Shown: positions 50,168 to 62,660 of the stretch, in pieces
Position numbering within the stretch: position 1 is the first letter of the stretch
Layout: each line of letters begins with the position of its first letter
Assembly (NCBI GenBank): GCA_951406725.2
Contig: OX597814.1
Location: forward strand, 200,694,001-200,758,000
DNA: 64,000 nucleotides
Direction: 5' to 3'
DNA from: Octopus vulgaris
Lineage: Eukaryota
Position numbers and translations under genes: made by a program
The notes under the pieces: model-generated
What the model saw: only the letters and a program-made list of their open reading frames with translations
The model's database searches: none
What the model was told of the DNA's origin: nothing

Positions 50168-50664
50168 GCAATCCTTCGGAGATGGTCTCAGAACAGTAAA
50201 ATTGTTCGTCTGGCAACTTCAGTTTAAAATTTCTATTTCTTTAATGCATATTTTTTTTGCAGTTGAATAGTGCAAAACAAGGTCGCGCGCGCGCGTACAT
50301 ATACACCAAAACACACATAATTACACGTTTTATATTTTCACGAATCGCTTGTTTATGTATTTTTGTGTATGTATGCGTTTATGTCCATGTATGTATATAT
50401 GTATGTATGTACGTACTTACGTATGTATGTATGTATGTATGTATGTATGTATGTATGTATGTATGTATGTATGTATGTATGTATGTATGTATGTATGTAT
50501 GTATGTATGTATGTATGTATGCATGCATGCATGTATGTATGTATGTATATATGTATGTAGAGGTCTGTGTACAAGCTGGAAAAGAAAATAAGGAAATAAA
50601 AATGTTTTACGGAACTTACCGAACAAATAGTTTAACTTTCCTGAGACCATTTCCGAAGGATTGC
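50168..50664. mobile_element. MITE with ~75-bp imperfect TIRs enclosing (TATG)n
   Basis: GCAATCCTTCGGAGATGGTCTCAG vs CTGAGACCATTTCCGAAGGATTGC. Confidence 0.7.
50390..50558. repeat. (TATG)n microsatellite
   Basis: Direct reading; explains the YVCM/HTYI ORFs. Confidence 0.95.
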
Positions 50665-50834
50665 TCTTACCTATAGAGTACCTTCTAGCGATATCCTAAG
50701 TATTTCAGAAACAACGGTTGAGCTACACTATCTCAATGTACATTACTCAGCTTAAATGTGATTATTTTCATCATATATTAAATATACGTACATTATTATA
50801 CAATGGTTACCTTTTATAATTTGTTTATATTAGA

Positions 50835-51776
50835 TTATAAGATTCTACTGTCATTACTTCAGGTCGATATACTTTCACTTTCCTCAAAACCCTCTAAACT
50901 GCATGTTTCTTCCCTATTTACTCTAGTACAATGCAATTTCAGAAATCAATAACATTTTTTATCCTTTTATCTACCATCAAATTTCACCCTGCTGTTTTGT
51001 ATTAAATTTCTTGTGTTCTTCATGTGTAACTATAATAATTTTTTGCGCCCCTCAAATATCAAAATGTTATTGTTACATTAGATCGCTATCATTTTTTTAT
51101 TACCAACTAGCAGTATCGCCCGGCGTTGCTCGGGTTTGTAAGGGAAATAACTATATAAACATTTTTAGAGATGTAAAGTATAATAGCCATCTCAATATGG
51201 CTAACCACAAAGGAGGGGGGTGTTACTGTAGGATTTTACGTTCTGAGATTTAATAATACATTTTTAGAGAGTTACTTCCCTTATATAATAGTAAAAAAAT
51301 GCATTAAAAATGGGAAAAAATGATGGTAAATTTTTTTTTTAAATTGTAGACTCATCGTTAACGCGCGCTAATACCCAGAAGGGCTCGATATGAATCACGA
51401 CTATAAGATACCCGGTTTTGGTTAAACTGCACCGCAAAATGTGGGAGTAGTTAGGAATCTAAATCGTAGGAGACAGACACACAACTTCACTTTTATATAT
51501 AAAGATTATAAGATGCTACTGTCATTACTTCAGGTCGATACACTTTCACTTTCCTCAAAACCCTCTAAACTGCATGTTTCTTCCCTATTTACTCTAGTAC
51601 AATGTAATTTCAGAAATCAATAACATTTTTTATCCTTTTATCTACCATCAAATTTCACCCTGCTGTTTCGTATTAAATTTCATGTGTTCTTCATGTGTAA
51701 CTATAGTAATTTTTTGCGCCCCTCAAATATCAAAATGCTATTGTTACATTAGATCTCTATCATTTTTTATTACCAA
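50835..51776. repeat. ~272-bp direct duplication (50835-51106 and 51506-51776) flanking a Helitron
   Basis: Both copies run TTATAAGAT(T/G)CTACTGTCATTACTTC...TTTTTATTACCAA with few differences. Confidence 0.95.
51107..51505 (-). mobile_element. non-autonomous Helitron (399 bp)
   Basis: Minus strand A|TCTTTATATATAAAAG...CCCGAGCAACGCCGGG hairpin...CTAG|T. Confidence 0.9.
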
Positions 51777-51976
51777 TTTACAAGAAGTAAGACGGCTCTC
51801 CATGCGGTTTTCTGCTCGTTGTTAGATGTTATCATATTTACACATTTGATTCCGTATTTATGTAATCTTTCTGATATGTTAAGTCGAATTTTCCTTTGAA
51901 TCCTTCATTCGTCTAATAGTACTCAGTAAATTTGGGGTATAACTACAGAAGAAATGTGTCCCACGGAATTTGTTTC

Positions 51977-52851
51977 GGATATTTTCGTTTTGAACGGCAG
52001 TTTTTTTCTAGCAGTGTCATATGAAATTGTCACCCATAATTATGACCCTATTATCGATCTATTGCATTTCAATCTGTTTTAGGGTTAGGGTTAGTTAGGG
52101 GTGGGGGGAAGGGTATCTTTTTTTCTTCACAAATGTAAATAAACCCCATCTGTTTCTTAAACGAGGGACATATTCATACGGCACAGAACGTTTTTTTTAC
52201 CTCAATAGACGTCAGTGATTGGTTGAAATTGCAGAAATTGAAGAAAAACAACAGCAAATATCTGACAAACCATAGAATTTGGATCTTTTCCTTTTGAACG
52301 GCATTTTGTAACATAATTTCTAGGTAACTAAAAAGTTTTAAACTTTGTATACTGGTAGAATGTGTTTATAAAACATCATTTTCTCTTGGCTTTATTGAGA
52401 AGATTCTATAGGTTGTAAGATATTTCGTCTTTAATTTCGAGCATTTCGGCAATTTTAACCAATCACTGACGTCCATTTAGGTAAATAACATTCTGTGCCT
52501 AATGAATATGTCCCTCCTTTAAGAAACAGATTGGGTTTATTTACATTTGTGAAGAAAAAAAGATACCCTTCCCCAACCCCTAACCCTAACCCTAACTAAC
52601 CCTAACTCTAACCCAAAATCTAAAATAGATTGAAATGCAATAGATCGATACTAGGACCATAATTATGGGTGACATTTCCATTTGACACCGCTAGAAAAAA
52701 ATCCCATTTTCCGTAGCGGTGTCGTATGAAATTGTCACCCATAATTATAACCCTACTATCGATCTATTGCATTTCAATCTATTTTAGATTTAGGGTTAGA
52801 GTTAGGGTTAGTTAGGGTTAGGGTTAGAGGTGGGGGAAAGGTATCTTTTTT
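51977..52851. mobile_element. foldback/MITE with TTAGGG-containing arms
   Basis: Arms ~52001-52240 and ~52440-52701 are inverted; third partial arm 52714-52851; each arm has several TTAGGG/CCCTAA units. Confidence 0.85.
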
Positions 52852-53559
52852 CTGGCTTTGGAAATTGAAGCAAAAAAAAAAAAAAATCACCCGCCCAGGA
52901 CCGATTTTGGTCGATTTTGTTCCACGATGATTTTTTTGAGCACAACACACATTAAAACTATAGGAGAAGCTTTTACGGTTAAAAAAAAGGAAATATTTTT
53001 AGTCGTAGAGATGTATGATTAAAGGGAGATTTGGCTGGTTTTTCTAGCATATCCCATGACCACTTTCCTCGTTTCCTTTTCAGTGTGAACAGTATTGATG
53101 TTTTTCAATATTTTCTCTCCATTAGTAATAGCATAAACACATTTATGCTATTAAAAACAATTTTTTGAAAATTTATGATTTTTACCAACCTTACCGGCTT
53201 TTTTTTTTTAATTATCATTCCAAAAAAAATTTTGTGGAAAAGATGCTCCAGATCACGGAATAGATCCCAGATCCTTTTCAAGGGCACTGTGAAAAAGAAT
53301 ATGAAAAATCACAATCAAAACAGAAATTTCAACTTGTTGGTGCTTCCTATCTCCGACGTCCGCCTATTTTATTTATTTATTTTTTGGTTTTAGATTAAAT
53401 AAGAAATTTTCTGACTTACAGAAAATTAATCATCTGTTACATATACATAATGTTGGTGTATATATATATCTGTTTATCCAATCCCAAAATAAAGATGGAA
53501 AAAGAGGAACTACGATAGAAAAAGAAAGGAAAAAATTATATTTTAAATGTTGGGATAAC

Positions 53560-54735
53560 TATATAAATGTGCTACCACCCGTATTTGCTTCCTCATAACT
53601 TCTAGAAAAATGAATTTTTTTTTAAAATGGAACTTTTTACAAACATGCTTCAGATAGTGCAGATTCCAATTATATCGGAATTTGATGGGAAAAACAAAAA
53701 AATCCATGAATGGAAAGAGGAGTTTTGGATAACACACACAAGTCGCTTTGTTTCCCTACAACTTTCAGAAAAATGGGTACTTCTTTATGAAATTTTCTAC
53801 AAACATCTTTCAGAATGTGTAGATTGAGATTATATTGGAATTCAATATGGAAAAAAACTCACAAACTTATACATACTTCATTTTGTAGATATATGTAATG
53901 TGTGTCAGTACGTATATGTGTTAGTCCACTGGCTTATTTTTCATATTAAATTAATATGTAATAGTATTCTACGTAGGCTGAAAGGTATTCGTAGAAAATT
54001 TCATTAAAAAATTCCTATTTTTCTGAAACTGAAAGAAGCCCGCCGTTGCCAGCCTCGTCTGGCCCCTGTGCCGGTGGCACATAAAAAGTACCATCCGACC
54101 GTGGCCATTTGCCAGCCCTAAGTACCATCCGACCGTGGCCATTTGCCAGCCCTGTCTGGCACGTAAAAAGTACCCACTACATTCACGGAGTGGTTGGCGT
54201 TAGGAAGGGCATCCAGCCGTAGAAACATTGCCAGATCAGACTGGGCCTGGTGCAGCCTTCTGGCTTCCCAGACCCCGGTTGAACCGTCCAACCCATGCTA
54301 GCATGCAAAGCGGATGCTAAATGGTGATGATGATGATATATGTGTATGTATATTTTTGTGTGTCTGTGTTTGTCCCCCCAACATCACTTGACAACTGATA
54401 CTGGTGTGTTCACGTCCCTGTAACTTAGTAGTTTGGCAATAAAGACTGATAGAATAAGTACTAAACTTACAAAGAATAAGTCCTGGGGTAGATTTGCTTG
54501 ACTAAAGGCAGTACTCCAGCATGGCCGCAGTCAAATAACTGAAACTAGTAAAAGAGTAAACAAAGCCGATTCATGTGAATTTCCCAAAACCCCTATCTCC
54601 ACTCACAGAAATATTTTTCGCAATAAATTCTGAGAAAATCTGAAGTGTGTTTGTTGAAAATTTCATTTTTGAAAATCCATTTTTCTGAAAGTTATGAGAA
54701 AACAAATTCAGTGGTGGGGGGCACACTTGGGTAGG
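53560..54735. mobile_element. TIR element interrupted by SINEs
   Basis: CTCATAACTTCTAGAAAAATG...AAACATGCTTCAGAT (~53592-53655) is inverted relative to ~54639-54700; family B and C repeats are nested at ~54020-54560. Confidence 0.55.
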
Positions 54736-55839
54736 TATGCTTTAATATTTATGTTTTGTTTTGTGTGAGTTTATATTCCTATGGCTATTCTGACAGAATT
54801 CTATTGGTTACTATTAGTAATTAATAAATTTAACAAAGGAGCTCGTAACCTTGTCTATTTTAGCACTAATGATAATTGATAATCAAACTTATAATTGAAA
54901 TCATTAATGCTCTTTGTTTAACTTGAAGTTTTAATCAAAACTTCTTGACATGAAATCCACAGAGATTACCTACATACAATTTAGTATACACTGCATATAA
55001 CTTAAACATGAAAGTTAATTATTTCAAATAATATCTTCAGCTTTTGTAATCATCGTAACGATCTATAAATAAAATCAAATATTTCCCAACAATTTATAAA
55101 TAAAAAAAATAGTTTAATAATTTTTAATGGTCTATTTATATTTGTTTATATCATTATGTAAACTCTTCAGATATGAAATTTCTCTTGCTACCATTCAATA
55201 TTTTCCATAACTGTTGACTAGAATAATATATTGAAGATTCTTGTATGGATAGCTAGATTTCTGTCGTTTAAAATTCATTTTGAAACCAGCATCTTTCTCT
55301 TGAGGATGAATACTTAAAGCAATAATGTTGTGGTATCTGCTTAAACTTTTTCTTACTTTCAAAAACTTGTTTGTTTTCTTATTGAAGAGAATTCCAAAGT
55401 GTAAATGTATTATATATTTTCAGGTGAATAGACACATAAAATAACTCATGTTTTATGTAAAATAAACAGAGTATCAATTCCCTTAAAGCTAATCCTATTT
55501 TAGCACAATGAATATGAGATGTTGATAAACACATTTTAATATTTAAATATTTAATTTATTTTCCAAAATTTTTTTGACTATTTACACTTTAAAATATTTT
55601 CATTTTTTAAAGATATATTTTGTTTTGAAAGCAATATTAATTTGAAATAATAATTTATTATTTTTGAAATGAGAAAATTCCATATAATCAATTTTCCCTG
55701 GAAATGTTGTCATCACAAATAGAATTACAATAAACATTTTCAGTTTTATCAAATATTTACAAGTAGGCTCAAGAAGACCTACGAAATGAAAACAGTTAAA
55801 TCAATATTTAGAAGAACCCCAAAAATTCCAGTATCAATC

Positions 55840-56220
55840 TGGTTGCTTGTGTGCTAAGTAGTTTGTTTACCAACCACATGATTCCAGGTTCAGTCCCACT
55901 GCATAGCACCTTGGGCAAGTGTCTTCTACTATAGCTTCGGGCCGACCAAAGCCTTGTGAGTGGATTTGGTAGACGGAAACTGGAAAGAACCCATGCTGGG
56001 GCACCGCCCTTTAAAATTTTATGATAGCTAAGCGACCAAATTAACCATTCAGCCAGACTGTGTGTGTGTGTTTGTGTGTCTGTGTTTGTCCCTGCAACAT
56101 CACTTGACAACCGATGCTGGTGTGTTTACGCCCCCCATAACTTAGTAGTTTGGCAAAAGAGATCGACAGAATAAGTACTAGGCTTATAAAGAATAAGTCC
56201 TGAGGTCGATTTGCTTCGAT
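55840..56220 (+). mobile_element. SINE family B
   Basis: CCACATGATTCCAGGTTCAGTCCCACTG...GCCTTGTGAGTGGATTTGGTAGACGG. Confidence 0.8.
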
Positions 56221-56325
56221 TAAATTGGATCTGCCAATATTTTATGAGTGAATTTGGTATACAGAAACTCTATGGAAGCCCATCTTGTGTATATATGTAT
56301 GTGTGTGTATGTAAGTGTATGTAAG

Positions 56326-56769
56326 TGAAGGCGCATGGCTCAGTGGTTAGAGCGTCGAGCTTACGATCGTGAGGTTGTGAGCTCGAATCCCGGACTGGGC
56401 TGCGTGTTGTGTTCTTGAGCAAGGCAGTGAAGGCGCATGGCTCAGTGGTTAGAGCGTCGAGCTTACGATTGTGAGGTTGTGAGCTCGAATCCCGGACCGG
56501 GCTGCGTGTTGTGTTCTTGAGCAAGGCACTTTATTTCACATTGCTCCAGTTCACTCAGCTGTAGAAATGAGTTGCAACGTCACAGGTGCCAAGCTGTATC
56601 GGCCTTTGTCTTTCCCTTGGATAACACTGGTGGCGTGGAGAGGGGAGGCCGGTATGCATGGGCGACTGCTGGTCTTCCATAAACAACCTTGCCTGGACTT
56701 GTGTCTAGGAGGGTAACTTTCTAGGTGCAATCCCATGGTCATTCATGACCGAAGGGGGTCTTTACCCTT
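56326..56769 (+). mobile_element. tRNA-derived SINE family D with tandemly duplicated 103-bp head
   Basis: Two heads (56325, 56428), each with A-box TGGCTCAGTGG and B-box GCTCGAATCCC; TATGTAAG TSD at 56318-25 and 56770-77. Confidence 0.9.
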
Positions 56770-57491
56770 TATGTAAGGTGGTGAGCTGGCAGAAATGTTA
56801 GCATACTGGGCAAAATGCTTAGCGGTATTTTGTCTGTCTTCATATTCTGAGTTCAAATTCTGCCGATGTCGACTTTGCTTTTCACCCTTTCAGGATAGAT
56901 AAACTAAGTACCAGTTACATACTGAGGTTGATCTAATCGACTGGCCCCCTCCCCAAAAATTTCAGGCCTTTTGCCTAGAGTAGAAAAGTATATGTGTGCA
57001 TGTTTGTGTGTCTGTACCTCGCACAATAGTTGTCACTACTGGGTGACAATTAATGTTGGTTTGAATATAGTCCCACAACTTAGCAGTTTGGCAAAAGAAA
57101 CTGACAGAATAAGTACCGGACTTAAAAATATACATTAAGGTCGATTTGTTCAATTAAACCTTTCAAATAAGTGCCCCAGTATGGCCACTGAAACAAATAA
57201 AAGATGTATGCTCATCCATGTTCACTGTTTGTATCAACAACTTCTTCCAATGCAAGATCTTCTGTAGTGTTGTTCAGGTTTGTTTGAAATAGCAGAAAAA
57301 TTCCTTTCCTCAAATCACACACTACCATATTAGAAGAGAAGGACTCTTTGGATAACGTAATCATTAATGTGATGAGAATGGTGGTTGTAGTGAGATTATC
57401 TTCGATCATAGTTTTACTTCATCAATGTAACATTATGTATAGCAACCTCAATGTGTGGCTATGGGTGCAATTGTGGTTGTATGTTTAAGAG

Positions 57492-58264
57492 TGTAGCGTG
57501 GCACAAGTAGCCAGCACCATTTTTGTAATGAGATCTCGCTGGCAGCTATTATCTTGTCCGAGACAAAAGCGAGATCTTGTGTACAATCGTTTGCCATGCA
57601 TGACGCCACAATGAGGCTCTCTTTGACAACGACTACTTAAGCAGGTGCAGAAGACGTTCAACCTGTCTTAGTCTTCTCCAGCTCGCTTACGGTGAGAGAC
57701 ACTACGAAGCAGGCAGCTACAGCGGACTCTCACCACATCTGTTATTCTCCAGAGGTAATGTACCTCACGTGAGGGGAGATATCACAAGCCATGCGCTGCC
57801 ATGAAGCTGGACACCTAGAATGAGACACAAGATCAGGAATCACAATAAACGGGGGACAATCAATATCTAAAAGAATATTTTCACTGAGAGATTTTCACTG
57901 AGGTCTTTTGCCTGTCCTTCCAGACTTAAGAGGAACTGATGGAGGCTATTGTCCAAAGTGAATATCTGCAGGAAACACATGGGTGAGGAAATTACGTCTC
58001 TGGGATCTGGACTGAAGACGTGCAACAGAATTAACTTTTTAAGTGACACAGGGGACGACCAAAATCTAAAAGAATATTTTCGCTGAGAGATTAAGAGTTT
58101 CATTTTATTTTTAGTTCTTAATGACTGATCTCATTCTTTTAAAAGTTTTTTTCATAGGAAGAAGAATCCATCTTCTTTTGTACTCCTGATCCTTAAGACA
58201 GAAAATAATTATAATGGGAGAAGGTGATACTCTACTGGTATCATAAACCTTCCTTTCCATTATA
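57492..58264 (+). mobile_element. solo LTR (same family as 3532-4008) with internal insertion 57852-58172
   Basis: TGTAG start, CTACTTAAGC TATA-like box, AATAAA at ~57844, CCATTATA end; colinear with the reverse complement of 3532-4008. Confidence 0.75.
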
Positions 58265-58789
58265 AAAGGTTTGTGTTCCTACCAAAGTGTGAAGGCACAT
58301 GGCTTAGTGGTTAGTGTATTCAGCTCATGGTTGTAAGGTTGTGAGTTCAATTCTCAGTGGTGCATTGTGTCTTTGAGCAAGACACTTTATTTCTTCTTGT
58401 TTCAGTCTGCTCATCTGGTGAAAATGGGTTGTACCTGTAATTCAAAGAGCCAACCGTGTCACATTCTGTGTCACACTGAATCTCCCTGAGAACTACACTA
58501 AGTGGGTGTGCATGTCTGTGGAATACTCAGCCACTTGTATGTTAATTTTACAAGCTGGCTGTTCCATAAGTTGGATCAACTGGAATCCTTGTTATTGTAA
58601 CAGAGTGCCAGTTTTCCAACCAAACATTTTCAGGTTCAGTTCCATGTCATGACAACTGAGCTGTCTCCTGCTGTGTGTGAGTGTGAGTGTGTGTGTATGT
58701 GTGTGTGTGTTAGCGTCTCCTTGTCTTGACATGGCATATTTGTTGCAAATGAATGTCATCCATTTCTAATATTCCTTCACTAAAACTTC

Positions 58790-58945
58790 CCACCTCTTCT
58801 TGTTCTGATCAGTTGCTCACTTCCTGTGAATTCTCAGTGGAATTCTTTACCTCAAAGTACAAGAACTGGTATCAGCATGGAATCAAAGAACTGGCAGAAA
58901 GGTGGCTTCAGACCATGCAACACAATGGCCTCTACTTTGAATGCA
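58790..58945 (+). mobile_element. mariner transposase C-terminal remnant
   Basis: EFFTSKYKNWYQHGIKELAERWLQTMQHNGLYFE, matching FF.SK...FY..GI..L.ERW......G.YFE. Confidence 0.75.
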
Positions 58946-59763
58946 AAGATGCTTTTGTTGTAACTTGACAAATAAAGCAAATAACTTCGCAAAATATTGA
59001 AAAACTCTTGGCTCAATACAATAACAATGTCTTTTTTTTTTCACACGAAAAGTAAATTGTATGCTGCAGGGAAACAGTATTAAGGATGCTATTTTAAGAT
59101 GTTAAATTTTTTTTGTTTCATTTCTAAAAGTAAATTAATATGAGTTAATAACATTTCTTGGCTGTCTTATGTAGGGTGCAAATCTCAAGAAGTAAAACGC
59201 CTAAATAATTGATCTGGAACAATATTTTGACAAAGTTCCAGTTAATTTATAAGTAACTAAAGTAAAGACTAAATTTCTCGCTTTCAACTTCAAAAATCAA
59301 TATCTGACAAATTAATCTAGATTAGATAGTAGGTCAATAGATTCCAAAACAAAACTGTTGAGGGGGAGATTTATCCTTGTTTTATGTTATTACAGTGTCC
59401 AAAGCAAGATTTTGTGGGTTGCTTGAAGCATTGTTCATTAGATATATAAATAGAAAGGGGATGGAAGATGCCTCTTTTTACCGTCTCAAATTAGGGCTTA
59501 AAATGTCCAACACAAACAAGACAAAGTTTCAATATGAGAAGGTGAACAAAATGCTTTGTGGCATTTTGTCTGTCTTTAGATTCTGTGTTCAAATTCCATT
59601 GAGGTTGACTTTGCTTTTCATGCTTTCAGTGATCAATAAAATAAGTACCAGTTGAGCGCTGGGGTTGATGTGAATGACTTACCTACTCCCCTCCAAAATT
59701 GCTGGCCTTGTGTCAAATATTTGAAACCTAAAATGGGGAGGTAAAGATTGTAATTAACTAAAG

Positions 59764-60178
59764 TGTAGTGACGCCATTTTGGAGGTCTTCAGTGCGCGTG
59801 CGCAGAGGTGGATTCTTCCGGGAGGCCTGCCGGAAGTTCCCTCATGCGCATGTGCAGTAAACTAGCAGCAGCAAAATTTCCCTCGTATTGGCCACTCGAA
59901 TGCTGACAGCCGAACAGGAAGGACGTGTTTTAGTAGCTCTCTGAAGCTGCTACCTTGTGGCGTTGCTACGCTATGCTTGAATGGACAGGATTTGGCTCAC
60001 TCCACTTGACTACTGCAACGAGCTCCTAAGCTGCCGATTCACCCTGAAAGAAGAATGTATATATTGCGAATCCAGAAATAAAGTATTTATGCTGTTGAAG
60101 TAAATCGGAAGTCTTGACTCTTTCCTTCGATTAATATTTTAATGTAAGGGATGAGAGCTGCACCCATCCAGTATTACA
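59764..60178 (+). mobile_element. probable solo LTR
   Basis: GC-rich 415-bp island starting TGTAG and ending TTACA with an internal AATAAA; no clear TSD. Confidence 0.5.
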
Positions 60179-60726
60179 GACCTTTCATCAATGTTACAAA
60201 AGCAATTTTTGTTCTTGCTTTCTGGTTATTTTTACTGGTATATAGATACAAGATAGTTGTTTCAAGATTCGCTAGAGGGGTGACATCATCCTTTGGAACA
60301 AAGGGAGTTAGCTTTAAATTACGGAGCAATCTGTATTTGTCAAATTTCTCTGTGGCTGGGCAACCAAAAAGGGAAAGCAGAGTTCCGAATAAACTACTGG
60401 AATTAGTTTACTGTCACACTTAAACTCAAAACATAAAGGGACATAACTAAATAGCATCAGACATTTTATTGACTGTTATGGAACAAATAACTGAGTTGAT
60501 TAACTGCCCCTGTTGAACTCAGAACATAAAGGGAGATAAACATTACTAGAAATTCAGGATTCAGTCAATTCACTTCTCTTGCTTATAACCATATTGTGAC
60601 GGGTTGGAGATGTATAAGCATAGCTAAGATATACATATTTTTGGTATTTCAATTGGCAGTTGATTAGCTCAAGTTTATCTATAATTATTGTTATTATTCA
60701 TTAGTTAGAAGAGAAGGAATATGCCC

Positions 60727-60998
60727 AGGTCTTTTGCCTGTCCTTCCAGACATAAGAAGAGCTGATGGAGGCCATTGTCCAAAGTGAACATCTGCAGGAA
60801 ACACATGGGTGAGGAAAGTATGTCTCCGGGATCTGGACTGAAAACTTGCAACAGGATGAACTCTTTAACTGGCTCGGGGAACGATCAATATCTAAAAGAA
60901 TATTTTCACTGAGAGATTAAGAGTTTCATTTTATTTTTAGTTCTTAATGATTGAACTCATTCTTTTAAAAGTTTTTTTCATAGGAAGAAGAATCCATC
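60727..60998 (+). repeat. 272-bp segment duplicated at 57901-58172
   Basis: AGGTCTTTTGCCTGTCCTTCCAGAC...CATAGGAAGAAGAATCCATC in both places. Confidence 0.92.
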
Positions 60999-62149
60999 AT
61001 GATATTTTTGATAGCAAAAACAAAAAATCATACCCTTTGGTCAAAATATCAGTTTTTCTTGATTAGCTCGAACTGAATAATCCTAAGATCAAAGACATTC
61101 AAGCTATGACCCCCTTCAACCTTTTTTTAAAAAATTATATAAGACTACATTGTGTAATGTACTCAATCCTTATTTAAGACAATAAAATGCAATTTGGCTG
61201 CTATCTCTAGCCCATCAGATGATACATAGAGTTTTCCTGTTGAACACTTCTTCTATCTGACATGTCAGGAAAACAGTGACATTAATACTCTCATCACATT
61301 TTGATAAGCTGGACAAATTAAAACCTCTTAAAGATTTTTTGCTACTTCTCTCTCTTTCTCTCTTTCTATTGATTTTTTCTCTCCTTTTCTGTTGATTTCT
61401 CTCTCTTTCACTGTACCACTATCTGTCTTTATTGCTGCTTAAACAGTATCAATTCTGTTGACTAAAAGCAACAATAGATAGAGAAAATTCATATTCTTGA
61501 AACTCTCAAGATGCTTTGAATTCTTTATAAGATACAGGAATGGCATCCTCATACAATGAAGCATGTAACGTCTTCAAGTTGTTTGGTGGTGCAGAAATTC
61601 AGATTAGTTTTGGCATTAAACATTCAGCAGAACTGGGATTTTGCTCCTTAATTTCCAGTTGAAAATTACTGACAGGTTAATGTATTTACAAGCTTTCACA
61701 GGAAGTCGCCTTATAAACGTTTACTCATCCATTTCAAATTGGTTTTGCCAGCAATTGTTAAATATTCATATAACAACGTGACCAGCCATATTGAAAATAA
61801 ATAAGGTAAAGTAAAAAGCAAGATCACCAATATTTTGAAGTCCCATTACATTCTGAAATAGCCAGAAGCATTTCTAATAACACAACCAAAACAAGTATCT
61901 CTCACTTAAGTAAACATGTTACCAATGCGATTAGGTCCGCTATATGGAGAGAAAAGCTGAGCATATAAATCATCTATTTAAGAAACTATCTTTCAAGAAA
62001 AACCAAACTTCTGACCCAAGAGAATATGCACGTTCACTAGAAAGCAGCTTGATGTGTGATATTAATAAATGTTTAAAACTTAGGTAATGTATTTTAAGAA
62101 AAGCATAGAATGTAACAAGCAAATAGCCTGATACGTTTGTTATTTATGA

Positions 62150-62660
62150 AATAATAATAATAATGAAATTATTGTATACTGTGCTCAGGTGCACCACAAC
62201 TTGTCAAAAGTGCGTATAAAGCATCTGCAGTAATGTACAAATGTCTGGGAAGTGAACAATGTATGAGTCAGATACATGCTTGCGTGTGTATGGAGAGGAG
62301 AAAATCAGGTGTAGTGTTGGCGAATCTCAGGAAGCATGGAAGTTTTGAAGGATGCAGTGCTCCGACAACTAACAACTGATGCCGGCAGTTTGTTCCATGC
62401 TTCAGCAACTCTTAGCATGAAAAAATGTTTCTGAAAGTCATGGGAGCTGTGCTGTTTTCTGACTTTGTAAACATGTCCACGTGTGTTAGACAGGTGGAGT
62501 TTGAAAAGGTGCTCAGATTTATTGTTTGTAAGATGGTTAATAATTTTATGGGTGTCTGCCAAGTCGGAGTTTCAATGTGTCCATACCCAGGGAAGTAAAG
62601 CATTCAGAATATGGCAAATGCCTGATGGAGGGTATTCTCTTGGTTGCACATTGCTGACAC
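62150..62660 (-). mobile_element. CR1/L2-group LINE 3' end
   Basis: THKII...NTRGHVYKV...HFFMLRVAEAWNKLPASVV...ASFK, then a 3' UTR and (TTA)n tail. Confidence 0.88.

Noticed and set aside
50257-50676. Overlapping YVCM/HTYI repeat ORFs
   Set aside because: Translation of the (TATG)n microsatellite.
52078-52830. Telomere or chromosome fusion site
   Set aside because: Only a few TTAGGG units, embedded at equivalent positions in the arms of a repeat element.
56325-56500. Two tRNA genes
   Set aside because: A/B boxes are present, but each head runs into a SINE core and the whole is bounded by a TSD; no convincing acceptor stem.
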